A stretch of DNA of 64,000 bases from Chrysomallon squamiferum. Taxonomy: Eukaryota; Animalia; Mollusca. Below are positions 36,205 to 48,647 of the stretch, piece by piece (the stretch's first letter is position 1; each line of letters starts with the position of its first letter). Both the position numbers and the translations under genes were made by a program. Under the pieces are notes generated by a model, which saw only the letters and a list, made by a program, of their open reading frames with translations, searched no databases and was not told the origin of the DNA. Location of the stretch: contig CM022672.1 in the NCBI GenBank assembly GCA_012295275.1, positions 28,210,001-28,274,000 of the forward strand. The letters are read 5' to 3'.

Positions 36205-37901
36205 TCAAAACGAAGTAGGTGAAATCAAATTCATCTCCCTATCCTTTACAACAATTTTTGACTCTTTTCCCCACAGCCACTGACCAAACCCTAGAGACTT
36301 AGATGACTGCTGCAATGAAGTATCAGATGCTTCCAAACTTGACTCAGCAATAGGAAACGTTGTGCCTGAAGATTCAAATGCTGATGTTTTTGAGTGTTCT
36401 GTGACTTGGTTGTCACCGCTTCGAACTAGCTCTTTCTTATCATGTCCTTTCAGACCAATAATCTTCTCAAAATTATCCATTGATGAATTTCTGACCAGTC
36501 TTCTTTCAATTTGTGGAGATGAAGGCTGAGACTGTGATGTTCGACTTACAGCTTTCTCATACAGTTTAATTAGTGCATTTGGTGCAGGTGCAGACTGTAT
36601 GCTGTCATGAGGTAATGATGGTTTAATGACAGGCTTCTGATCACCACCAAGAGTCATTGTTGATAACTTATTCTCCTCTTTGATAAGCTGTCTTGACAGA
36701 CTGGAAGAAGAATGAATCCCACCATTATCAGCTGGTGTCTTTTGCTTTTCTTGATTAAACAGGGATGGTATTAACATTGAAAACCCCACAACTGTGAAAA
36801 ATGAAAATGTCAACATTTCATTCAGGGGAATGACCATTAAACATTTAACAATAATAAAAAATGTTATAAACAAAGCACTAATTCCTAACTGATGTGCCTG
36901 GCACACAGTGGTGCCACAAGATCAGTCCAAGAGGCCACAAAATAGTGTTGCCTTACTGCCTGGTTTAGAGTCAAAAGTCCTTTGATGGATTTTTTGGCAA
37001 ATTTAGTTGGTGATTATTTTCTACTTTTAGAAATTAGATCTTTGTGGTAGGGTTCTTGTAGTTCAATAGAAAAATAAATTATTTTGTACTACTTTAGAGC
37101 TCAGATGGCTAAATATCATGCTGCTTTTCTCTAACCATTAATCACTAGACACATATTAATTTTCAACCTAAATGTGTCTAAGTTTCATAATTACTTAAAA
37201 AGTCAAAGAAATGCACTGATTTTGATCTGTTTTCACTTAAAAGGTGAATTAGAAAATGGTAACAAAGATTCTGGCAAAGGTTAAGCTGTCTATGAAATAA
37301 AGTGTGGAATTGAAAAACAGTTTTAACTAGATTTGTTCTAATATTTATCAAAATGTTATTTATTATTTAAATAATAATAATAAAAATAATATTAGACTGA
37401 AAGAAAAACATAATATATCATTATATTTAAAAATGAAATAAAATGAAAAATAAATTAAAATGGATTGAAAATGCATAACCTAAAGACAAATACTGCAAGG
37501 AAAAACATTCTTAAATATTTTATTGACAACATAAAATGTTTACTTCCAATATGCATAAATGTTTGTGTGTTTGTATGTTCAACACACACACACACACACA
37601 CACACATATAAAACATACATACATATAAATTGTTGAACATTTACAGTAAATAAAAAATAATAATTTAGTACACTTTTCACAAACCTGTTGGTCTAGCGTT
37701 TTGAACAATAACTGCATTTTTTTTCTCATCTACTGGTGTAGCCAATTTGTTTTTTTGTACTGAACCATTTGGTGGAGAATTTAAGCCACTTGGTGGAGTT
37801 TCTGACAGCTTGAAGTTGTCGTCATTGTATCGGTCAAAGTTACGAAGCAGAGAAAATACCCCAGAGTCTGAATCTGCTCCTCCTGACAATTCCTTACTCA
37901 T
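36205..37901 (-). CDS. KIAA1191/p33MONOX-like protein (~267 aa, 2 coding exons)
   Basis: Exons 37901-37685 and 36791-36205 (phase-1 GT-AG intron, 804 nt), plus a probable non-coding exon ending at the GTAAGT donor at 38608. C-terminus REMNLISPTSF resembles human KIAA1191 RDLNVLTPTGF as I recall it. Also RNFDRYNDD...TPPS, ARPTVVGFSMLIPSL and SQPSSPQ motifs in the same order. Linkage to HIGD2A/NOP16 supports the call. Confidence 0.7.
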
Positions 37902-38760
37902 TATGTTCTGATCACATGTCTACAGAACTAATTCCATAGTTCATGATTCTGAAATATTCAGGAATATTGTAGTGTTAATTTGTGCTTGAATAAATGTGTA
38001 TTTTTATACATTTATCTAGATGTATTTGTGATTTAAACTGTTGATGTTATTTCATACACATATGTAGGTGACATGGAAATAAATATTTTGTAAAATGTCA
38101 CCAATGACACCAGTAAGGTATTTTTAAAATATATCATGTGGAAGTGGAACATTTTCTTTAAATTTAAACTTTAACAGCAGATTAAGTTTAGAATATCCGT
38201 GTTATAAAACTAATTATATTGCTAAGCCATCTTTAAATTTAAGTAAAGTGCAACCTACTGACACACCAACAAAAACAGCAGAGAAAAAAAAGCGGTATAT
38301 TTGGGTCAAGGGAAAAGTTTATTGCGATACTGATACTCATACTGATAGTGATACTGTGAATATGAGCTTACACTTTATTTAGATTAGCAGTTTTTCTTTA
38401 AAATACGACAAACTACATTTTGATTCCATTATTTTATATACAGATACATTTATTAGTGTAAGAGTGTCAGTGAGTCGAATTAATTCAATGGCTGTCAGTG
38501 TCAGTACAAACGAATCGAATGACGCAATGTCATAGTCTCATACTATGAACACATCAACCTCAAGGTCTGAGGATGATACACATTTAAACAAGTATCCAAA
38601 TACTTACCGTTATTAGTACAGAAAATTAAAGAAGACTCATGGAAGTACGAGTTTCACATTTATAAAACATTCATAAGATATTTGTCGAAAAGAAAAAGAC
38701 GCAAAGCGAAGTCTTGAGTTACCGAGACTATTTTGTAGCTCGCCTAGTTGTCTCCGATTT

Positions 38761-38768
38761 GCGGGAAA
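38761..38768 (-). promoter_or_regulatory. E2F-type site (TTTCCCGC) in the CpG-containing promoter region of the KIAA1191-like gene
   Basis: GCGGGAAA on the + strand is the TTTSSCGC consensus on the - strand, ~150 bp upstream of the exon 1 donor. A single 8-mer, so it could be chance. Confidence 0.3.
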
Positions 38769-40502
38769 GCACCTAATACCAAGATAACGTCTGCAATTTG
38801 ACCTTGATTATTTTGTCAAGAAATTACACGATAAACTGCTAACACCAATTTAGCAATTCCAAAAACATATTTTGTTTTCTAATTATATTGATAAAATATA
38901 CAGTTATTATTAAAAGTTAATCTGATTGTTTTCTTTGTTGTCAGATGTCATGTGCACGAGCACACTGACAGTGTGACACACACACACGTTTGTGTGTCAG
39001 TGATATATTATATACAGGCAAATGATATATAATCATTAACTTACAGCTCTGATGGCTGAGTCATCAGGAATAATGGTTCCACCAACTGTTTATTGTACCT
39101 ACCATTGCCAAATTAGTTCCTTTTTGTATAAAGCTACAAATTTGGGAGGACAGTAGCACTGAGATAGCTCTAACCAGATTATTTTTTAAAAATAACTACA
39201 TATACTAAAAGAATAAATAAAAATAACTAAAGTTAACTGTAGCGGTAACATGAAGGTTACATAATTATATAGACAAATGTCATTCTTTTCATTTCTGGAC
39301 ATCAGTCTCTCCTAGGTTACTGAAATTAGCTAAGATCAGATGATGCCTTTGTTTAGTCATGTTGAAATGTTTAATAAAATGAACTCTATCAACACATGAA
39401 AAAAGACAACACTGACAGCTTGTTTGCATTAAGTATTTACATTCTAGTTAGTAAAATAGCAGTTTCCTTTATTTTACTTTTAATTTATTATCTCATGAAT
39501 ATGTACAAAATGTACTTAAACAATGGATATTTCTACTACCACAAATATAGAAAGAAATAATTTTAAAATGTAAAAAAAGGTTTATTTAATAATAATAATA
39601 ATAATGTTAAGATAAAAAAAAAAAAAAAAAAAATACAAAATTTGTTCTGCCACATCTATCTTACAAATATATTATTTATTCCATTACTTAAAAAATCGGC
39701 TGACCTGTTCAAGGATACACCATATTAATTTTCACAACATTAATTGTTTTTATCATATAAAACAAACAAATCATTTCAATATCTTTTAATTGTTCATCTA
39801 TCTTGTACTTTTAATGATACATTCATTTCACTGTACATCTGCACATATTTCAGAAAGAAAATTATAATATTTGTGTTTCTAATTGCTTATTACAATATAT
39901 TAATGGTCATTCCACACCAGATTTGTCATCAAAATACAACTTTATTGATTTACCCTAGCACTATAGATATTGACAGTATATGAATTTATGGGCAAACCAT
40001 GTTAAAATAATTTTACAAATACCCATATATATAAAAAAAATAAACACATTCTGTCAGTGTCATATGGAGATTGTCCTCAAACACAGAATTAAGAATACAA
40101 GTGTTTCACAGGTAACACTTCACTACAACTAACTTCTCTTTGGTGGTCAAAGTAGATCCTCAATAATTTCATTTTTATTTATGTACAGAAAATGAATTAG
40201 TTTGATAAACAAATTAGTAGTAAGCTCTAATGATCTGTTAATGCATGTAAACGGTTTTATCATTATTATGATGGATATTTGCTATGAAAAATATCTTCTG
40301 AAAAACTGAGCCTTAGAATTGAAAAAACAAACTGACATCATTTCAAGCTGACATTATAAAAAATCATCATTAAAAAATACTCTAAAAAAGATAACAAAAC
40401 AAAAAAAAATCCTGCTTCACTGTACATGTTCTATGCATGTGTTAGGAGCAAACAAATCATTAAAACATACGTAAATACATTAATGTACAGCTCGTGTTAC
40501 AG

Positions 40503-43349
40503 TCAATCACTTTTTTTTCTATACTGGTCATTGTGGGCTTTTTTAGCTCCGTAAAAAAACACACCACCTAACACAGCAAAAACTGTAGCACCTTGTGCTA
40601 CCAATCTCAACCGCATCATTTTTTGAGACACCACCCTATTGCCCGTCTTCAGCTGATAAATTCCCATAGACAGAGCATAGGTTGTGAAAGCAACACCTAC
40701 AAAGAAAATACATAAAATTATGAAAAGTTCTAAATAACACATGGATTCTGATACTGAAATTTATTGCAAAGAAGGAAAAGAAAAACATAAAGAAAAGTAA
40801 AAATAGAGTATAATATTATTAGAGAAATAGATATTTTAGTTACATGAATGGAAACTGAAATTTTCAGTGCTATATTCTAAGAATTTCTTTTTTTGGATCT
40901 GCATCGATGGAACTACATTAACACATTATTTTACACTTATAAATTGCCTTGCTGTTGCTTCTGTATAATAAAAACAAACAAAATTATCTGTTACAGTGAA
41001 AAAAAAATCATTTACTTTCTTGGTAAAGTTAGTAGTATTCACTGACCATTGCTCAGTACTTTGCAGTAACCTTATATGATATCAAACCATGTTGCGTAAC
41101 AGCTTGATGCTTGGGGTTTTTTATATTTTATTTTTCAAGGTAGTGACTAAGTGCAACTGATTACTGTAAATATAATAAAAACTGTTCATCAGAGTAGCAT
41201 AAAATTCTGTAGACTTCATATATTATAAATGTAATAGATGAGTACAAACAATAGTCAAATATGTTTTCCAAGATTGTGGCTCTTTAAAAATATATATATC
41301 TATATCATTTTATGTTTAGACATTACTCATGACCTCTGAACAATGAGTTAGGAAAATAACAAATGCAAAAAGAAACATAGAAATGTTTTATTTAATGATG
41401 CACAGAACGTGTGTCTGATCCAACTTGCAGGTAAAAATGTAATCTGAGTTTAAATATTAAAGTAAAAAAATATCAGAGCACTATCCATAGCATTGTCATA
41501 GGTATTTGGCTGACTGCCTATAATTAACCATTTTAGCAATATCATACAGAAAATGAGCAAATGCCAAATTCAGATAAAATACTGTCTGACATTATTATTT
41601 CTTTTTTTCTTTTTGTGTTTATTTTTATGACAGAAACTCATTTTTATTAAATTGTTAAATGTTTCTCTTCTAGAGACCAAGGAAAAATAAATAGCCTAAT
41701 TTAATTAAAATGTTACCTATCAAGTGCTATGATTTATAGTTCAAAAATGCAAATGACCACATCTCAAAAACCTCTTATTCTCAAAGCTGTTATGCAATGA
41801 CAGACTTATTTACTAGAAATTAGCCTTCAAATTTTTAGATGCTGGAATGGTCAAACTATTGTTTTATTTGGTAAAAACTGAATAATGGGTCATAGATCAA
41901 TTAAGTGGAATGAAATATGTTGTCTGTCTTTGTACACAATATAGATCTTCTTTAAGTAATACACGATTGTAGACAATCTTCAGAGAACTGCTGTATGCTG
42001 TTTTATTAATCAATAAATCCTTCTGCATGTGTGTGTGTGTGTGTGTGTGTGTGTCAAATTTGAGTTGTGACTATTTTTAGATGTTTGCTTATGGTCAGAC
42101 TGACATTAACTATTTAACATTAAAAGAAAAGAAAACATCAAATGTGCTGCATTTGAGCAGTGTCCTTATAAGTGGTTGATAACGAACTCAACAGAGACTG
42201 CTTATACAACAACACACTACCAGCATCTAAAGCAACATTTTTCACAGTAAAATAGCTTGTGTGTTGTTTAGCCCGCAGTTAGTAGTATAGGTATGTTTAC
42301 AGTAAAACAGCAAACAAAAAGCTTGCTGGTTGGATGCTTTAGCAAAATAGTCAAATTACAAAAATGACATAACTGCACATACCATACCAGAATTCGCAGC
42401 TAAGTACACGTATGAACACAAAATTGGTTAATGGCAGAATATCCACTGCATATAAATATCCTGTATTTTCAATTATAGAATCTGGCAAGCTGACAATCCA
42501 CAACATAAAAAAACTCATCTTGTAGTTAACTTTTTCACTGTATTCACAGTATTGTCATTATTTTAAACTAAATCAGGTAGAAATAAAATTTCAAAATCAA
42601 ATAAATAAATATATTAAAATAATAATAATAATAATAATAATAAAAGCTAATTATTTATTCCATTTTGTTCAGCACTGTAAAAATTAAAATTCGTTTCGGT
42701 ATGAATATATTTAATAATTTTAATGGTTCAACTTCAACGCATCGTTTGACGCTTTATCTGAACTTGGAAGTTAACAACAATATCAAAATGGCATATTCCG
42801 AGTAATCAGCATAAATAAAAAGATGTCATACACGTGTAAACTTTGTATTCACAGCAATATGATGAATTCGTATGACTTTAAATATAATTTTATTCCGTCC
42901 ACTGAGTGACAGAACCTGAGAACGGAGATTAACGTTTCTAAATTCTAATTAGGCCACTGGGCCAGTGTCGTGTTCACCTTCCCTTTATAATAATTATCCT
43001 CTTCGTCACATTATTAAATAAAGGCCAACAATAATAGTCAACAGTTTATTTAAAAAAAATAAAATGTATTAATATAATGTCACCAACATTTTATTTTGTG
43101 ATTTAAACTTGAAGTCACGTTTCAATGCCAGATACCCAACGAGTGAATGACAATCATCAATGTGATAGTGACGGCAATACACAACTTACCCAAAAGAACA
43201 AACGGATTTTGCTTCGTTTTCCTAATGAGCTTTTCCTTCACTCCCTCCTGTCTGTACATAGACGCATCTGGTTTCGGAGGTGGCAAATATGCAAACTCCG
43301 GCTCCTCATTAACAGCCAAATCAACCTTTGCTGGTGTAGAAGTAACCAT
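40503..43349 (-). CDS. HIGD2A: HIG1 domain family member 2A (mitochondrial, Rcf1-like), ~117 aa
   Basis: Exons 43349-43190 and 40696-40503 (phase-1 intron, 354 nt). EKLIRKTKQNPFVLLG, two TM helices, and the type-2 HIG QRRQ motif SQKMMRLRLVAQG. Confidence 0.93.
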
Positions 43350-43517
43350 GATTCTATTTCTTGTTGATACTTTTCGGCCTCTCGGCTAGGGCTCCAACAT
43401 TTATGTAGTTTGGGGTAATTTCCTCCATTAAAAACGTTAGCTTTTCACTAACGTTGAAAAAGAAATTATATACTGTACACAAACTTAAACATAGATATTT
43501 TTTTGTTTATAAAATAA

Positions 43518-43556
<39 letters not shown>

Positions 43557-44005
43557 TCCCTTTCGTTGTTCATTCTATAATAATAAATATATTAATTTCT
43601 TTTTCTTTTTTTATTCTTTTCTATATATTTTAAAAACTTTATCACGTTCTTCCACAAGGAGAATCTTGAAACGTTTACTAACAAGAAACAATTAAAAAAA
43701 TAATTTGTTTGACTTTGTCAAATATTAATTCATTCACCAACTAATTTAAGTTTTCGATGAAAATGAGCGGAATTAATTTATAAAATAATAATAATAATAA
43801 TAATGATAAGAAGAAGAAGAAGGAGAAACATAGTTATTTATTAAAAACTGAATTTTTTTTATATAGGTAATTAACGTATGTATAACGTTATCTGGTGCAT
43901 ATACGCCGTTGTTGTTTTTTGGGGGGAGGAAATTGGATGCAGGAAATTGGTAAAGATAGGATATCCGGTTGTATAGCAAACGCATGGTCATTGCACCTGG
44001 GAAAA
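43350..44005. promoter_or_regulatory. Bidirectional promoter region HIGD2A/NOP16
   Basis: Divergent ATGs at 43349 (-) and 44006 (+) with 656 bp between them. CpG-containing segments near both starts and ETS-like GGAA motifs at ~43928-43946. Confidence 0.7.
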
Positions 44006-47000
44006 ATGGGCAAACCTAGGAAACAGCACAGGAGGAAAAAATTTAATTATAACAAAGATCGTAAGAAGATGTGGCTGAAAACGAAGAAAACTCCTAAAAT
44101 ACACTGGTATTTGATAACAAGCTTAAAAATAACAGTTTTCATGACCCATAAAAAAAAACACGGATTATATGGCACTTGCTCACACTGTCACAGGACTGTA
44201 GACTAATACTGTAAATTGTAATACTGCATACATGATAATAGTTATTAAATACCGTATACTACTATACTGTCTATAGTCACAATTGCTCACCAATAAAGTA
44301 TAGGACAGTTGCTCACCTAGAGGTTTTTTTGTTTGTTAATAAAGACCAAAACAAAGAGTAAAACATAGATAATATCTATGTTTAACATATTCTAAAGGCA
44401 CAACTTCAAAATTGTGTTATCATAGTTTTTGAAGATCCTGTAAACGCATAATTGTTTCTTTTAGTTTCAAGTTTATGGAGGTAGTTACTTCTGACTGGGA
44501 TTATCATCATTATTATGAACATCAAAGGCATATATATATTTTCAGGATAACTTGGTTTCATCGCTTATAACATTGATTTTTATATACAAATTTTTATGTC
44601 AATTATAATTGCTGATAGGGCCCACCTAAACACCATCAACAACTGTCAGAAAACTCATAAGCACTGCCTTTTTAAAATTAATAATTTAAAAACAATATTT
44701 GTTGTTGTATGAAATGTTTCTGGACATGTCATTTAATATTTTTGAAATTAACCAAAAGAAAGCAAATGTTCTGTTTTAGGCTTTGTGGCATATCCAATCA
44801 AATTTAAATTTTGGCATTATTTTCAACAATAGATAGGAGTCTGTCATGACTTGGAGTGTCTTTTAAATTGAATGTCCCTGGTATTGGCATTGCCTCATTG
44901 TCAGCTGAACAGTTTGAGGCAGTATTCCTACTGCTATCTTCTTGTGCAAACCAAATGGCTGAAGTGCTAAAACATTATATACATTAGAAAGAGAACTGAT
45001 ATGAAAAAAGTTTAAAATTTTTATCAGAATAAAATTTAAAAGTATTTTTGTTTCATAATCTGTGTCATTTGGCAACACTCATGAATTTTAATTAATTGCA
45101 CTAATTAGCTTAAATATACTTTAGCCTTAATTATGTATTTCCCAAGAACACCTTAGAAAATAAACCAGTATACAAAAAAAACATTTCTGAAAACTGGTCA
45201 GTTGTAAAGGCCTTTACATTTTTAGGGTTTTTCCCAACTTCTTTTTCAAGTTAATTAATAACATAAATTAGCATTAATTTACATTTATAATATATATTTC
45301 CAAAAATTAATTAAAATCTGACTTGCTAAGAACCATCTTCATAATGAACATCAGAAAGAAAATATTATCTGAAACTGGAATATTACCACATAGTTACTGA
45401 TGTGTTAAAACAGTATTGATTCTCTGTTGTTGTTTTTTATCATAAATCACGAGAAACGAAGATGAAGCTGAATATATAGAGTGTCATGATATTTGTTTTG
45501 GAAAATATGTAAGAATAATGACAAAATGGAAACTCAAATGAATTAAAGTCTTTGTAAAGTGTATTGTTTTTACTGTGACTATTAGTCTTATATTTAAAAT
45601 TTATGATATTTAAAACAATGTTAATAACCCATAGTATTCAAATATTTAACATTTAAAAATATATATATTTATTATTATCATTATTATACTTTCATAAGAA
45701 ATTGTATTTATACTGATTTATTTATTTTCAGTGATGAAATTAGAAGGGCTTATGACAGGAAAAAATCTCTTAAAGAGAATATGAGAGATATGGGTTTGTC
45801 CCTGGATCCGAACCAGACGATCAGGATTCCAAAAGCAAAAGTAAATATGATTTATGAATGTTCCTGTTTAAACAAAGTTGATGCAAAAAAATCTGAAAGT
45901 TATACCCGATCCAAACATTGTTCCACAAAATTTTCTCTTCTGTTGTAATTTTGCTTCAATAATAGCTGTACAGACTCAGATGTAATCAGTTTGCATACTT
46001 TGTTCCTTTTTGGAAAAAAAATGATTTTCCTAACTTCATAATTCATTCAAACAGTTTTTCAGTTTTTTAACTAAACAACGTCTGAATTTCACCTGAAGAT
46101 ATGTATCAAAATAATTTTTTCATAATGATAATCTGAAGAAAGCATACACATTCAATTTCAATTTGATGAAGTTTGAAGGAAATCTGTAGACAAGATTCTA
46201 TGGTAATTCATCCCAGAAAAGGTGCACCTGCTGTATTTGTGACAATGTAATCATGTAAGCAATCTGATTATTGTCACCTATTTCTACCCCAGGCTGACTG
46301 TTTTGCAGTTTATTATTGATAACATAGTCCAGCTTTAATTTAGAATTTTACAAAAATCAAGAAGTTATAACTGTTTATCTGAATTACACAATCTTCAGGT
46401 ATCATCTTTTTTTAAGTTACATATAAGAACAGTAAGAATTAATTCCTGTAATACAATACTTTTATTCCTGAGCAAAGTGCATAAAACTAAAATACGTTAA
46501 GAGTAGGCTGTATAGTTTTCAGCTAGGTATTACTCCTGAGAAACTAAATAGATTCAATATGTAATAAAACCAAAATGATTATAATAATGGTTTTTCCACC
46601 AAAAATAATGAAGTTGAATTATATCCTACCTTCATGTACTGCATGTAAAATTTCTTGTTTAATGTGTCACACAAAACAGAGTGCCATTTCAAATTCATTT
46701 TTCGAACAATGTTCCATTTGTTATAAAATTATAAAACAGAAATAGTGCTGATTGAGAGTAAAATGGTTAATTTGTCAAAAATGTTTGAAATATGTTAAAT
46801 ATAAATTATTAAAATTTTATACATAATTTTAGAAAGTCTAAACCAATGGTTCCCAACCTTTTTTGCTCCATGCCCCACTCAACATTTAAAAAATGTTTGT
46901 GACCCCCTTTGGCATAAAAATGAACTGATTTTTGTAAAAGTGTAATTACTGTAATATAAATCCTTTAATTAAACAAAGCTAAAAATAAGGTTCCAAATGT

Positions 47001-48647
47001 AGACAAGCTGCCAGATACATGATAATGTGTAGACAAAGTGTAACAGGAAGTTTGGTCATATTATCACTTTCAAATTGCCACCCCCATGTAGGGTGTACAC
47101 CTCACGTTCAAATAACTGATCTAAACTTATAAAAAAATACAATAAAAATAACACTGAAATAATGCTTATATTTTTCTGTATGAATAATAATAATTTTAAA
47201 TATATTTAAGGACATTTCATTCAAAATTAATTTTTTACTCTAATTTTACAGTAATTGTACTAAGAATTGTTTTATTTGCTATAAAATTTGTATGATTACT
47301 TGTTGTTGCAGGACAGATACACAGTGGTGCAGTCTTTGACAGAAGCTATTAATATTATGAATTCAGATGAAACATCCAAAAAAGGAGATAAGGCATTTGT
47401 TTGTGACCGTAAGTATATTGAAAACAGTATTTTGATCAGTTATAATAAATTTAAACTGATTTGCATTTAACATTTGTAATGGGCATTGTATAGAAGCAAA
47501 GATGGTGTTCCTTATGTTTATATATTTATTATTATTATTTAATTTTTTATTGAAGTTGAATTAGCCATATTAATTGTTATGTGATATTTGGAAATCTGAA
47601 AATGTTTACTTTTTATCAATTTAATCAGATAAGTAAAGCCTGTGTGTGTGTGTATGTATGTCTGTAAATAAAAAAATTACATTTTAGGTGACCTGTTTCT
47701 GATTCTGTTTATGAAATATTCATATTTTTAATTTTAATTTTTTTCAGAATTAGAAAATGAAGCTAACCTTCCCCGTGAACGAACATTTCGACTTTCTGAT
47801 CCTGATGCTAAATTTTGTATATACATGATGAATCATTATGGTGAAGATTACAAAGTATGTAAAATAACTCCTTTAGTATATATTTTTATTATTATTCATC
47901 ACTAAGCAGTTACAGCATCCTCATTTTGGACAAAATTAGTGGTTATTTCCTGTCTTATACTATCCTTTCATTCATTCTCTTTCTCCATCCATCATCTTGC
48001 TAGTCTTTCTCTAGATTTGTTTCCCTTTATGTAGTTTCCAAGTTACACAATGTCATCTCGTTATCTTATGTTCCACTGATGTGCCACGTCTCTCAACTAA
48101 CCCATTCAATGACATCCACATGTTTTCAGTCCCTCTGTCAAATATATAAATACATAAATCTTTCCATTTTTATTTGTATGTCTAATAGTGTTTGGGATGC
48201 AGTTATCATGACATGTTACATGGATCTTACTTTGATATATGCAGCCATTTAGTTTATTATTTTAAATAAGTATTCATCCTCAAATAGTCTCCAAAGTCTT
48301 GTATCTACAATTCAATCTAATTGATGATGATAAAAATGAAATTCGTATTCACAGAACAACATATAAATACATTTTTTGCTATTTTTCAATTTAGGCTAGG
48401 TTAAAGAGAGTTCTAAAGCATTAAGTGACTGAAGCATATGAAATTTATTTAGTTTAAAATACATTTTTTTATTTATTTAACATTATGATAATTTATTCTG
48501 TTTTTGCAGGCAATGGCAAGAGACCCAAAGAATTATTACCAAGAAACTCCAAAACAAATTCGTAGGAAAATCAACATTTTTAAGAGCATTCCACAACAGT
48601 ACAATAGCTATCTAAAATCTAAAACATCTGCAATGGATGCAACATGA
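44006..48647 (+). CDS. NOP16: Nucleolar protein 16, ~183 aa
   Basis: Exons 44006-44106, 45732-45840, 47312-47408, 47748-47854, 48510-48647 (552 nt, consistent phases). Motifs MGKPRKQHRRKKFNYN, IRRAYDRKKSLKENMRDMGLSLDPN, YMMNHYGEDYKAMARDPKNYYQETPKQIRRKI. Confidence 0.95.
46844..47118. mobile_element. hAT (Charlie-type) MITE in NOP16 intron 2
   Basis: Left end CAATGGTTCCCAAC, degenerate right end GTTCAAATAACTG, and 8-bp target-site duplication GTCTAAAC (46836-46843) / ATCTAAAC (47119-47126). Confidence 0.75.
47960..48310 (-). mobile_element. Highly decayed RTE-like LINE 3' fragment in NOP16 intron 4
   Basis: The minus strand reads GNYIKGNKSRERLAR*WME, resembling the G-x-I-x-G-x-R-x-RGRPxxxW C-terminal motif of RTE-clade ORFs. 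Boundaries approximate. Confidence 0.4.
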
